The notes: generated from the sequence alone by a model not told the origin. A DNA stretch of 63,788 nt, filler included, from Octopus bimaculoides (GCF_001194135.2; 7 parts of 7 records of this genome joined end to end with filler, not necessarily neighbours in it); one strand, 5' to 3'. Shown: positions 26,889 to 39,434, numbered from the whole stretch's first letter. A program made the numbers and translations.

Positions 26889-28207
26889 NNNNNNNNNNNN
26901 NNNNNNNNNNNNNNNNNNNNNNNNNNNNNNNNNNNNNNNNNNNNNNNNNNNNNNNNNNNNNNNNNNNNNNNNNNNNNNNNNNNNNNNNNNNNNNNNNNNN
27001 NNNNNNNNNNNNNNNNNNNNNNNNNNNNNNNNNNNNNNNNNNNNNNNNNNNNNNNNNNNNNNNNNNNNNNNNNNNNNNNNNNNNNNNNNNNNNNNNNNNN
27101 NNNNNNNNNNNNNNNNNNNNNNNNNNNNNNNNNNNNNNNNNNNNNNNNNNNNNNNNNNNNNNNNNNNNNNNNNNNNNNNNNNNNNNNNNNNNNNNNNNNN
27201 NNNNNNNNNNNNNNNNNNNNNNNNNNNNNNNNNNNNNNNNNNNNNNNNNNNNNNNNNNNNNNNNNNNNNNNNNNNNNNNNNNNNNNNNNNNNNNNNNNNN
27301 NNNNNNNNNNNNNNNNNNNNNNNNNNNNNNNNNNNNNNNNNNNNNNNNNNNNNNNNNNNNNNNNNNNNNNNNNNNNNNNNNNNNNNNNNNNNNNNNNNNN
27401 NNNNNNNNNNNNNNNNNNNNNNNNNNNNNNNNNNNNNNNNNNNNNNNNNNNNNNNNNNNNNNNNNNNNNNNNNNNNNNNNNNNNNNNNNNNNNNNNNNNN
27501 NNNNNNNNNNNNNNNNNNNNNNNNNNNNNNNNNNNNNNNNNNNNNNNNNNNNNNNNNNNNNNNNNNNNNNNNNNNNNNNNNNNNNNNNNNNNNNNNNNNN
27601 NNNNNNNNNNNNNNNNNNNNNNNNNNNNNNNNNNNNNNATTGGAAAAATTATAAAGAGGGTGTGGTAAACAGGGGAAAATAAAGATTTTTCAGAGAAAAT
27701 TGTGATTCGATTTAAAAAGAAAAAAAAATGAAGCATTAAGATAAGAACAAGAAGAAGAAGAAATTGTGTGCGTAAAACGGGTGTAGCATTGTTGTGATAG
27801 GGATGTGTGGTGTTGGGGACGAAGGATTTAGGGAAAAAAGCCAAATATTGGCAAATTTGATTTGCTAAAGAGTTCGCTACTAAAAAAAAAAAAAAACCCA
27901 AAGAAAGAAAGAATTGTGATTTAGGAAATAGAATGACAAGTCTTATGTCTATAAACAAAAGATTTGAAGAAATAAAACTTGGTGAGCAATAAAACAAACA
28001 ATAACATTAAATGAATGTAAAATAAAATAAAAGCCCTCGCGACCATCTTCAGATTAAATACTCCCAGAAGAATCAAAAATAATATCGCAGGAATAAATGG
28101 TCTTGTCAGTTCCGTAGGCGGTGCTTAAAACCAGTTTTAGAAATTATTTTAAGTATCTGCTCATTAATTCTAAAATAATATGATGTTTCAATTCATATCA
28201 AGTTACT

Positions 28208-28263
<56 letters not shown>

Positions 28264-28266
<3 letters not shown>

Positions 28267-28688
28267 TAGTTTTATTTTTATAACGTGCTTTCACTTCACT
28301 ACCGAGCGCAGCTCTGTGTGCCTTGGGTATGTGCTGTGGTTTGCTGTGATGCTCTTATGGTTACAGTATTGAAAGTGTTTTGCGTAGGATGTGTGCAGTG
28401 CCCAGTAGTGCAATTTTCTGTATGTTATATATATTTGTAAGTCCTGGTATTTTTGTTATGTATTTGTCTGAATATTTTTTTTATTATACCTAAGGCACCT
28501 ACTATGATAGGAATTGTTTCTGTTTTTAGATTCCACATCCGAGTTACCTCTATTTGCAGGTCTTTGTATTTTGAAAGTTTTTCCATTTCTTTTAGGGAAA
28601 CGTTGTCATCTGCTGGTATTGATACATCAATTAGAAAGCATTTTTTTCTTCATGATCTTTGACAACTATATCTGGTCTATTTGCCTTA
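28264..28688 (-). mobile_element. 3' fragment of an R4/Dong-like non-LTR retrotransposon (RLE endonuclease domain plus 3' UTR)
   Basis: IKANRPDIVVKDHEEK..IDVSIPADDNVSLKEMEKLSKYKDLQIEVTRMWNLKTETIPIIVGALG...IQKIALLGTAHILRKTL: the RPD-x12-D-x-K restriction-like endonuclease pattern. Frameshifts occur only in A-runs. Flanked on both sides by (TAA)n. Confidence 0.85.
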
Positions 28689-28707
28689 ATTATCATTATC
28701 ATCATCA

Positions 28708-28773
<66 letters not shown>

Positions 28774-29070
28774 GTAGTAGTAGTAGTAGTGACGTTATCA
28801 TCATAAGTAGCATCATCATCGTCATCATCATTATTTGCCGGGCTCAGCTTCGCCTCTCGTTCCTCCTGCTTCGACAAAATACAGTAAGGCTCGAGTAATA
28901 CTGATGTCGGGACGATCGACCAATATCTCATCCCGAATTTTCTGGCTTTATGCAGGTCACTATTGAAATGCGCGAGTACTTTCCGGTCAACATAGAGATC
29001 GGCGCGAAATGGGAGATCAAAACAAATGCAAGATGACAAGCAGTTGTAACTCACTTTCGAAAACGAGAAA

Positions 29071-29109
<39 letters not shown>

Positions 29110-29130
29110 AAACCAAAGAGCTCTTCACAG

Positions 29131-29205
29131 ACGAAACTGGATTCACCAGCCTTCGGGAATGCATGGAAGAAATGAAGAGGTATTGTAGAGAAAATACGTA
29201 TCAAC
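29131..29205 (+). CDS. Possible orphan internal exon, 75 nt, (x)ETGFTSLRECMEEMKRYCRENTYQ; product unknown
   Basis: ctcttcacag|ACGAAACT...TATCAAC|gtaagt. One frame open (phase 1-1) and the other two contain stops. The acceptor is weak (poly-A just upstream) and I recognise no homology. Confidence 0.25.
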
Positions 29206-29261
29206 GTAAGTGAATTGAAATTACGCTGAGGTCCAATTTGCTTTCATGTTTCCGAGTTAGA

Positions 29262-29364
29262 TATAAATGTTTTCGATCTAGTTTGGATTCTCTGCCATCA
29301 AATTTGAATTCTTTGCCATCAAATTTGATGGCAAAGAATCCAAACTAGATCGAAAACATCTATA
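29262..29364. repeat. Spacer-less palindrome with internal duplication
   Basis: ATGTTTTCGATCTAGTTTGGATTCT...TGCCATCAAATTTGATGGCAAAGAATCCAAACTAGATCGAAAACAT. The centre CAAATTTG is self-complementary, and TGCCATCAAATTTGA is present twice. Confidence 0.9.
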
Positions 29365-29599
29365 AAACACCTATAACTACTGGGATACATTTTACTCGCA
29401 CTTATCCATAGTTTCTGTAATCCAATGGCTAGGTCCTGGTACTTCGCAGTTTTTTCTATAGCTCTCCTATTGTTTCTTTCATCATTTGGGACTGTAAAGT
29501 CAATTATCTGGCACTTTCTATTCTCTTTATCTACTTCTACTAAACCAGGCCTTCTAGCTTCTATTACTCTGTCAGTCGGAATGCTAAAGTCCCGCAGGG

Positions 29600-29732
29600 T
29601 TAACCATATGCAGCTGGGGGAAATAGAGCAACGTAAAATGTGTGTTGCTCAAAAACATATCACTGTGCCGGTCTGGGAATCGAAACCACGATCTCACGAT
29701 TGTGAGCTCAACACTCTTAACCACTAAGCCAC
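29600..29732 (-). mobile_element. SINE family 3, head fragment
   Basis: TTGCTCAA..GGGAATCGAAACCACGATCT..CTTAACCACTAAGCCAC. Confidence 0.65.
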
Positions 29733-30412
29733 TTAAAGGAAATACAGGTATCTGTACATTTGTGTAAATTAGTGAGGATTATAAGGGGTTCCGGACCTTC
29801 AGTGCCCAGAAAGTCGGTGTTGTACCTGTGCTAGCTGGGTATACAGAAAAATGGCGGACTGTTTGCCAACGGTTCGTATCCTGTTACAGACACTCTGCTG
29901 TGTCCACGGCCAGCAACACCTTTCGTTCTTCAACGGTTCTGTTTGTCCTGGGGGAAAAATAGGTGCTATTATACAAACACTGATATAATCGATTTGTAGG
30001 TTTGGCAAAAGGAGTGTGATCGATTGATTGAATTAGTTCAATACATAAATAGTACTTATCGAATCAAAATTGAGGGATGAAATGCAAATTCCATCAAGAA
30101 CAAAAATGTCAGGCATGGACTGACACCATTGTAGATGCATTGGCAAAATGACTTGTCCTAAATATCCAGTAACAACCATAACGTTTCCATTGGTGCTTCT
30201 ACTACACCTTTTACCTCTCCTTCTACACCAATACCTCTTTCTTTATCACACAACCTCCCCCTTTCTGTCTATCACTCTCTCTTTCCGTATCTTTCTATCT
30301 TCCATACTACTTCACCCCTCTTCCTTCTCCTGTGCAACCCACCTTTCTCTATCACAGCATACATTTTCTATCATTGTGCAAATATCATACTACCACTTAC
30401 AAGGCCAAAATT

Positions 30413-30615
30413 AGGCGTCGAATTGGCAGAATCGTTAGCTCGCCGGACAAAATGCTTAGTGGCATTTAGTCCATCTTTATGTTCTAAGCTCAAATTCCAC
30501 CGCCCTTTGTCCTTTCGGGGTCGATAAAATAAGCACCGGTTGAGTACAGGCGTCGTTGTAATCGAATAACTCTTACCCTGAAACTGCTGGACTTGTGCTA
30601 AAATTTGAGATCAAT
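30413..30615 (+). mobile_element. SINE family 2
   Basis: GGCAGAATCGTTAGCTCGCCGGACAAAATGCTTAG..CCTTTCGGGGTCGATAAAATAAG. Confidence 0.8.
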
Positions 30616-30975
30616 CTTATACTTCACCGGCTGCTATTTCTAGCACTGTGAGACTGTCTAGAATAGAGGCTCCCCTCGTTGATTCGTGTTAGATTATTAA
30701 ATACATTAAGTGTAAATGACGGTACTAAATCCATTCCAGCATAATATTAATATAGGAAGTGTGGTGGAGAGGCGGGCTTGGTGGTAAAGGAAGATGTTAT
30801 GTGGTGGTGGGGGGAATGAGGTGCTGGAGGGAGAGAGAGAGGTGTTCCGATTGAGCGAGGGACAATGGGAGAGGAGAGTTAGTATGAGAGAGTAGAGGGA
30901 GGAGTAGTGGTGGAGTGGAAAGGATGGTATGAAAAGAGAGGGGATGTATTGTGATAGAGAGGGAGAGAGAGAGAG

Positions 30976-31028
<53 letters not shown>

Positions 31029-31267
31029 TACTGTAATAAGGGAAGACGGGTATATCGTTTCGTAGAAGGAATGGTGGTTCGATAGAGGGAGAAGTATGGT
31101 GATATATATATATATATATATAGACAGAGAGAGAGAGAAAGAAAAGGGGAGAGGTGTGCTGTGATGTAGGGAAGAGAGATAGAGAAAGAGACAGATAAAC
31201 AGAGAGAAGCGTGAGGGAAAAGGGGGGAGACTAATGTAGTAGAAAGGAAGAAAGTGTACTAGAAAGG

Positions 31268-31367
31268 NNNNNNNNNNNNNNNNNNNNNNNNNNNNNNNNN
31301 NNNNNNNNNNNTTAATTAATTAANNNNNNNNNNNNNNNNNNNNNNNNNNNNNNNNNNNNNNNNNNNN
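31268..31367. other. Artificial 100-bp scaffold linker (44 N + TTAATTAATTAA + 44 N); also at 45502-45601, 52000-52099, 57492-57591, 59816-59915 and 61645-61744
   Basis: Six identical constructs with the same N counts; the 12-mer gives stops in all six frames. Confidence 0.97.
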
Positions 31368-31436
31368 GTATGATTGTAGATATTGCGTGTGCGTTTAGAC
31401 AGACAGACAGTCAGATAGATAGATAGATAGAAAGAT

Positions 31437-31471
<35 letters not shown>

Positions 31472-31480
31472 AAGATAGAT

Positions 31481-31519
<39 letters not shown>

Positions 31520-31532
31520 AAGATAGATAGAT

Positions 31533-31615
<83 letters not shown>

Positions 31616-31904
31616 AAGATAGATAGATAGATAGATAGAAAGTTGGAGGGAGCAATAAGTAAGACTAGTTCTGCTTATTAAAGAGTCTGTTTGAAGTGTT
31701 TGTGTATGTATATGTATTGTGTGTGCAAGTATAGATATGTATGTATATATATGTATCTATCTATCTATCTATCTATCTGTCTGTCTGTCTATATATGTAT
31801 ATATATGTGTGTGTATATGTATTATAGTTTAATATACTGTATTGTTATGTCGTGTAGAGTGTGTATATTGTGTGTATATATATATATGTATATATGTATG
31901 TATA

Positions 31905-32250
31905 TACTACTACTACTACTACTACTACTGTTGGCAAACCGTCCGCTCGTGTTGTAGATGTTGTTATTGTCGTTCTTACTACTCTCTCACTGTTGTTGTC
32001 GTTGTTCTTGTTGTTGTTATTGTTATTGTCACAGCTGTTGCTGCTGCTGCTGCTGTCTCTTTTAATAAAGCAGTTTTTGTCTTTGTTTGTGTATTTCTTC
32101 TTCTTCTTCTTCTTCAGACCAACTTATTCAAATGTTTTCTGTGAATTTTCCTTCATTCTTTCCGTTTTGCCGCCGTCGTCGTCGTGGTGGTGGTGGTGGT
32201 GGTGGTGGTGGTTGTTTGCTCTTGTTCTTAGCAGCAGCAGCAGCCGTAGT

Positions 32251-32282
<32 letters not shown>

Positions 32283-32658
32283 TAGCAGTAATAGTAGTAG
32301 CAGTAGTAGTAATTGTCGTTGCTTTTGTTGTTGTTGTTGTTACCGGTGATGTTCCTGTTCTTGTAATAACTGTCGTTGTTGTTTTACTACTACTGTTGTC
32401 GCTGTAGTAGTGGTAGTAGTAGTAGCAGCAGTAGTAGTGGTAGTAGTAGTAGTAGTAGTAGCTGTAGTAGTTGTAGTAGTTTTGTTGTTATTGTTGTTGT
32501 TGTTCTTCTTCTTGTTGCTGTTGCTTCCACAACACTTGTTCGGTTCTGTTGCGGTCACCGTAAAAAATATTCTAACAACTATTATTGTTCTTCTTCTCGT
32601 TGCTGCTGCTGCTGGTCTTGTGTTTGCAATTGTTACTATTGTTGTTGTTGTTCCTGTT

Positions 32659-32691
<33 letters not shown>

Positions 32692-32926
32692 CCTAGTGAT
32701 GATGGTGATGGCCGTGGTACAAATGTTTTTGTCGCTGCCTCCCTCTCACTCGCAGTCGCCGTTTGTTGCTGATGTTGGTGCTGCTGTATGAATATTAGTT
32801 GTTCTTACTGCTGCCGCTGCTGCTAGTGTTGTCGTTCTAGCAGTAGTAGTAGTGGTAATAGTAGTAATAGTAGTAGTAGTAGTAGCTCCTGTAACTATTG
32901 TAACTGCCGTTGTTATTGTTATTGTA

Positions 32927-32957
<31 letters not shown>

Positions 32958-33742
32958 TATAACTAGTAGTCGTAGTAGTAGTTTTGCTGCTGTTTTGATG
33001 CCACTGTTGATGTGGAAGTTTTGCTGCCGTTGTTAATATTCCTGCCGTTGTTGTTGTTGTGGTGTTGTTGTTATGTTTCTGTTATGCTTTCCCTATGATT
33101 CTGTTATGGCCGCAGCTGAGTTGTGAGTTACCACTGTCGCTTGCTGCACCGCACCGCCGGCACATCAGCCTTGATCGAGCAGACCTACGACCAAAGTTAT
33201 TCCAGGCGTGACCATCACGTCTTTTTGTTTCCTTGCCAAGTACAGGAAAAAAAACCCCTCCCCAAAAAAAACACAGGACAAGTTCAATCTAAAAGCAGAA
33301 AACGTGTCTGTAAGGTGTTTGACTGTCACTTTTAGCAGATCGAGCTTCAAGTAGCCGCCCCTTCACTGGCTCGTTGTGTTTGTTGTTGTTGTTGTTGTTG
33401 TTTTAGAATCTGTTGTTTTGCAATGGTCGACCGTTGTGCTGCTGCTGTTGATGTTGTTGCTGCTGTTGTGATTGATGTTTGTAAATTCTCAAGGAGCTGC
33501 TGTTGTTTTTATATTGCTAAATGAAGTTGCTGCCGCTGTTGCCGTTGCTGCTGCCGCTGTTGCCGTTGTTGCTACTGTTGCTGCTGCTGCTGCTGCTGCT
33601 AGCAGCGCCATCACTAGCAGCAGCAGCAGCAAATGATGATGATGCTGGCGATGATGATGATAATGCTGACGACAATGATAACAATGATGACAATGATGAC
33701 AATGATGACAATGATGACAATGACGAAGACGACGACGATGGA

Positions 33743-33791
<49 letters not shown>

Positions 33792-33840
33792 ATGATGATG
33801 ATGATGATAGTGATGATGATGATGATGATGATGATGAAAG
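31905..33840. repeat. About 1.9-kb compound/cryptic trinucleotide field (TAC, GTT, GCT, CTT, GGT, GCA, GTA, TAT, GAT)
   Basis: Direct reading; stops occur in all frames over its length. Confidence 0.95.
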
Positions 33841-34290
33841 CGCTACTGTTTTTGCTGTCTAATTGTTTGTTTTTATTTAACCCTGGGTCAACATTGATCG
33901 AGTAAGATAGATCTACGATCAAAGACGTTCCGGTCATGACCATAACGTATGAATGTATATCTAGGAGTATATTGCTGCAATGTGACCCTCTTTTTCTAAA
34001 GACCATTGAATATGATTTGAGAGTGTTTAGCTGCATTTTCTAGCATGCCGAGAGACCAGGCTGAGGCGGTACCCCATGCCCACCACTACTGCCACCACCA
34101 CCACACACGCATCTCGTTAACTTCTTGTCTTTGCAGTTGTTGTCTTGTGTCTATACATTACATACAACCTTAATCTCGCTGTTGTGAGTTCGAATACACA
34201 ACGGAGCCAGTGTGAGCGCACAAACCTCCTTGGATATATTCTCTTTCATGCGTTTCAACAATGCGGATGCGGTCATGCTAGAGCACTACC

Positions 34291-34337
<47 letters not shown>

Positions 34338-34594
34338 NNNNNNNNNNNNNNNNNNNNNNNNNNNNNNNNNNNNNNNNNNNNNNNNNNNNNNNNNNNNNNN
34401 NNNNNNNNNNNNNNNNNNNNNNNNNNNNNNNNNNNNNNNNNNNNNNNNNNNNNNNNNNNNNNNNNNNNNNNNNNNNNNNNNNNNNNNNNNNNNNNNNNNN
34501 NNNNNNNNNNNNNNNNNNNNNNNNNNNNNNNNNNNNNNNNNNNNNNNNNNNNNNNNNNNNNNNNNNNNNNNNNNNNNNNNNNNNNNNNNNNNNN

Positions 34595-34626
<32 letters not shown>

Positions 34627-34685
34627 GTATATATATATACATACATATATATATATATATATACACATATCTACATATATATATA

Positions 34686-34726
<41 letters not shown>

Positions 34727-34728
34727 CA

Positions 34729-35345
34729 GGCGCAGGAGTAGCTGTGTGGTAAGAAGTTCGCTTCCAAACCACATCGTTTCGGGTTCAGTCCCACTGTGGG
34801 GCACCTTGGGCAAGTGTTTTGTACTATAGCCTCAGGCCAACCAAAGACTTGTGAGTGGATTTGGTAGACAAAAACTGAAAGAAGCCCGTTGTGTGTGTGT
34901 GTGTGTGTACCAAACGCTGTATTTTTAAACGCATTGCATCCTTTATTTAAATTCCTGGTTCATTAATTTTGAGGTAGAATCGACAAGTATAGGTGAGTGA
35001 TCTAGAATCCCGTGGTTTCTAGTTCAGCTCCATTTGCGAAATACTTTGGGCAACTACAGCCCCGGGCCGACCAATACCCTGTGAGTGAATATGGTATACG
35101 GAATATATATATGAATGAGTGTATAAACAAGCGTGTTTTTTGCTTGCGCATGACATCCCCACCTCACCCTTAATTACAGGTGTAGGTTTGTTTAAATCCT
35201 CGTAACTTACCGGTTTTACAAAAACATAAACGATGGAGAAAGTACCAAACTTAAAATTAAGTTCTGGGCGAGTGTTTGGACTAAACCTTTAGAAGTGGTG
35301 CTCCAGTAAGGCCGTAGTCCAATGACTGAAACAAGTGGAAGAATA
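34729..35345 (+). mobile_element. SINE family 1: young head (34729-34890) followed by an older diverged copy (about 35000-35345)
   Basis: GGCGCAGGAGTAGCTGTGTGGTAAGAAG head; the second copy ends GTGCTCCAGTAAGGCCGTAGTCCAATGACTGAAACAAG. Confidence 0.75.
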
Positions 35346-35909
35346 AATAAAAAAGAATGAGTTCGTCTGTGTGTGTGTGTGTGTAAAGGGTGCTGTAAAA
35401 AGAACTCCCATATTTTACAGTTTCACAACCGTTTCAACAGCACATGCATTGTGTGCACCAGTCCAAATCATGATGTCTACTAAAAAAGAAAGGGAAAATG
35501 TTAACAACGCGAAGATACCCTTACCACCTGCCTAACTTCGCTAGCACCACACTGAAGGCAGTATAAATTACGGAAGGTTTTTCTGTCGCTCCCTATATAA
35601 AAAACTCTACTGGTTAACAACAAAGACTATATAAGTTCATGTTAAATATGACTGATATATAAGGATTTCTCTGGTGGTTGACTTAATCCGCTGTCCGGCA
35701 TATGAATTGACTTCCCAGGATACACTTTATTGCAAGCATTAGGTGAGAGGCCTTTGGCTCGAGAATGTATTTTCTGTCTCACGCGCCTTGTAAAGGATTA
35801 TATACACTGCCCTGCACCTTGATTGTGTGCGTGCATGCGTGTGTGTGTGTGTGTGTGTGTATTGCGCGTTGTGTTAACAGCACTGGAGACTCTAAGATAC
35901 ATATGTTAA

Positions 35910-36105
35910 TACGGGGTGCTGAAAAGTTCCTGGCTTTGGGTAAAAGAAAATACAGGAGCATCAGTAAATTACGATTTTAGTCAACATATTCCTCTCTCGG
36001 ATTCATAGAATTCTTGCAACGGTCCTTCATTTTTTCTAAGCCCTGCAAAAGAACTCCGAAGGCTGGGCCTCCAATTAGGTCTTTCGCGACACCCTTAAAG
36101 CGAGG
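35910..36105 (-). mobile_element. Mariner 3' end fragment (TIR plus last transposase codons)
   Basis: TA-CGGGGTGCTGAAAAGTTCCTGGCTTT TIR-like end; minus strand reads LQGLEKMKDRCKNSMNPREEYVD*, resembling the mariner C-terminus (RCxKCIxLxGEYVE*). Confidence 0.6.
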
Positions 36106-36381
36106 GACTACTCAGCATCACCTCGTATATATATATATAGACACACACGCGCGCGTACGCCCACACACGCGCATACGCACACACACACACACACACATGC
36201 ACACACACACACACCGTGTAGCTATAGTGTTTATGAAATGCTTCCGATTTGTTTACAATATCGAACACCGTGGATGAAGCATTTACGTATGTATCGATTG
36301 TGTATCATTGATTAGACTATGAAATTATAAACCTCTCCAGGTTTCTTTCGCGCCATCTACTTCTCTCTGTCACTGTCTCTT

Positions 36382-36428
<47 letters not shown>

Positions 36429-37050
36429 ACCTCTCTTTCTTTCGTTTTTTTCTCTCTTATTTCTCAAGAGAGACAGACAGAATAAGTACCAGGNNNNNNN
36501 NNNNNNNNNNNNNNNNNNNNNNNNNNNNNNNNNNNNNNNNNNNNNNNNNNNNNNNNNNNNNNNNNNNNNNNNNNNNNNNNNNNNNNNNNNNNNNNNNNNN
36601 NNNNNNNNNNNNNNNNNNNNNNNNNNNNNNNNNNNNNNNNNNNNNNNNNNNNNNNNNNNNNNNNNNNNNNNNNNNNNNNNNNNNNNNNNNNNNNNNNNNN
36701 NNNNNNNNNNNNNNNNNNNNNNNNNNNNNNNNNNNNNNNNNNNNNNNNNNNNNNNNNNNNNNNNNNNNNNNNNNNNNNNNNNNNNNNNNNNNNNNNNNNN
36801 NNNNNNNNNNNNNNNNNNNNNNNNNNNNNNNNNNNNNNNNNNNNNNNNNNNNNNNNNNNNNNNNNNNNNNNNNNNNNNNNNNNNNNNNNNNNNNNNNNCA
36901 AAAGAACTCCGAAGGCTGGGCCTCCAATTAGGTCTTTCGCGACACCCTTAAAGCGAGGGACTACTCAGCATCACCTCGTATATATATATATAGACACACA
37001 CGCGCGCGTACGCCCACACACGCGCATACGCACACACACACACACACACA
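36046..37050 (+). repeat. About 152-bp identical direct repeat (36046-36197 and 36899-37050) spanning an N gap
   Basis: The two copies are identical, including the length of the (TA)7 tract. Confidence 0.9.
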
Positions 37051-37880
37051 GAGGTTGCGGTGAATAAACTGTCGTCTAAATTATGCAAAAATGAAAATAA
37101 TACTGACATCTCATTTTAACAGATATATTTACCAAAATTACACAAAAATATCTTGAAATACTAAAGAGTAAATTGATTCAATAAAATCGCCATTAGCTTC
37201 AACCACGGTCTCCAGAAGACTTTGGAATCTCCTGCAACTCTTCTGGACGGTCTCCTAGTTTAAGTTGGTGAATGCTGCCATAATCCTTGCCTTCAGTTCA
37301 TCTTTGGTGTTACAACGAGTTTTGTTGGTCACTCCCTCAACTGCGCCCTACACATAATAATTAAGGAGTTGCAGTCTGGGGAGTTAAGTGGCCAGATGAT
37401 AGAAGTGGTGTGGTCGCAGAAATTGTCTGCCAGCCATGAGTGGGTTTTCCTGCTTGTGTAGCATAGTGCAAAGTCCTGTTGCCAGATATAGGGTCTTACA
37501 GCAGCCATCTTCTTCACCCAGGGCAACACTACCTCCTCGAGGTACACGATGTAGGCTTCCGTGTTGAGTCTGAATCTGTGTGGGAAGATGAATGGAGACA
37601 TAACGTCGCCATCACTAGTGATCTTTCGAAACACTATCATGTTGAGTGGATGTTTGAGTTTTATCACTCCCAGTACATGCACTGTTCTCAGATTGACACC
37701 CAAACACTCTGAAATGTTCATATTGGTGCTTCCGGCGTGAATGCCAAGCAATACAGCATGTCGTTTCCAAATTTCTGGCAGAGTGAATTGCGTCATGGTG
37801 CTGTTTTTCTCAAAGACGATAGCCAACTGACCCTACAATACTGTGTAGTAAAAAAAAATCAAAAACAAATAAGGCGCATG
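37051..37880 (-). mobile_element. Internally deleted Tc1/mariner-superfamily element, maT (DD37D)-like
   Basis: IVFRKITSDGDVMSPFIFP...YIWQQDFALCYTSRKTHSWLADNFCDHTTSIIWPLNSPDCNSL, then after a frameshift AVE...KDELKARIMAAFTNL...VVEANGDFIE*. Spacing of 37 aa between QQD and the final catalytic position. The N-terminal HTH piece is fused directly to the catalytic domain. Confidence 0.85.
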
Positions 37881-37883
37881 CAA

Positions 37884-38041
37884 ATCCATTCACAAAGCTT
37901 AGGTCGGCTCGAGGCAAAAGTAGAAGGCACTTGCCCAACGTGTCACACAGTGGGGCTGAACCGGGAATCTTGTTGTTTGAAAGCAAACTTCTCACCTCAC
38001 AACCACGTCTGCGCCTACACACACACACACACACACGCACA

Positions 38042-38092
<51 letters not shown>

Positions 38093-38440
38093 TCACACAC
38101 ACACACACGCTTGCGCACTCATGAGTTCAGTCCTATTGCCTGGCACCTTAGGCAAGTGTCTTTTACTGTAGCCTTGGGCCGACCAATGCTTTTTCAGTGG
38201 ACTTAGTGGACGGAAACTGAAAGAAGCCCGTCGTATATATTTATATGTATCTAAGTTTCCGTGTCTTTTGTGCGTGTTTATATTTGTCGCCCACCACCCC
38301 TTGACAACCGGTATTGGTTTGTGTACGTCCCCGTAGCATAGCGTTCCGAAAAACTTTGTGTTGATTTGATCGATTTAACCATTCGAGGCAGTGCTCCAGC
38401 ATGGCTGCAGTCTACTGGTTAAAACAAAGGATAAAAAATA
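37884..38440. mobile_element. Two SINE family 1 copies back to back (minus-strand head 37884-38010; plus-strand copy 38121-38440) separated by (CA)n
   Basis: Family motifs occur in opposite orientations; the first copy truncates the maT element. Confidence 0.75.
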
Positions 38441-39212
38441 AAGGATACACACACACATACACACATATACACATATACACATATGCACATATATTATATA
38501 TACTTATAAACACTCCTGTAAATTTTCATCCGCACACACACATACTTATGCATACACACTCACATGAACACACACTCACACACACATACGCGCGCGCTGA
38601 CACACACCCAAGCACTTGTACATAAAAAGCCATTTCCACAGAAAACACTCCAACGTAGCCTTGAATTCTTCGTGTCATACAATAATCACTCCTCCTCCTC
38701 CTCCTCCTGTTCCCCTCCCTCCGCTTCTTCCTTTGTGCTCCTCTCCCACCCCCATCCTCACTCCCACCACCAAGTCATCCACCTCCTACCACCCGATATC
38801 GATCACTCCCTCACCTCTCTCATCCACTTCTCTCACTGGTTTCCCCTCCCCCCTCTAATATTCATGACTGATAGCGTTTCCTCTTTCGCCACTTCCAAAC
38901 ACTTCCTTTCTTTCATCACTGTCTCTCTCTCTCTCTCTCACTCTGCCTTCATCTCCAGTATTACATTACTATATATCACACACATTATTTACGAATACAC
39001 AGACACACACACACACACATGATCTACTACTGCACGCGCGTACATAATACACATTGGAATATTTCTATTATCTGCTCAAATTTTTTACGTTTAATTTACT
39101 ATATCGAGAAACACACTGCACGCAGCATTGTGTATCGTGTTGTTGCATTATCATTTGCGTAACTGAGCACAATAAATGCATAGATGTCTCTCTCTCTCTC
39201 TCTCTCTCTTTA

Positions 39213-39260
<48 letters not shown>

Positions 39261-39268
39261 CATACACA

Positions 39269-39434
39269 GGCACAGGTGTGGCTGTGAGGTAAGAAGCTGG
39301 CTTCCCAACCACATGGTTCCGCGTTTATTCCCACTGCGTGGCACCTTGGGTAAAAGGCCTTCTACTATAGCCTCAGGCCGACCAAAGCTTTGTGAGTGAA
39401 TTTGATAGATGGAAACTGAGAGAAGCCCGTCGTA
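39269..39434 (+). mobile_element. SINE family 1, head half
   Basis: GGCACAGGTGTGGCTGTGAGGTAAGAAGCTGGCTTCCCAACCACATGGTTCC...GAAGCCCGTCG. Confidence 0.85.
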
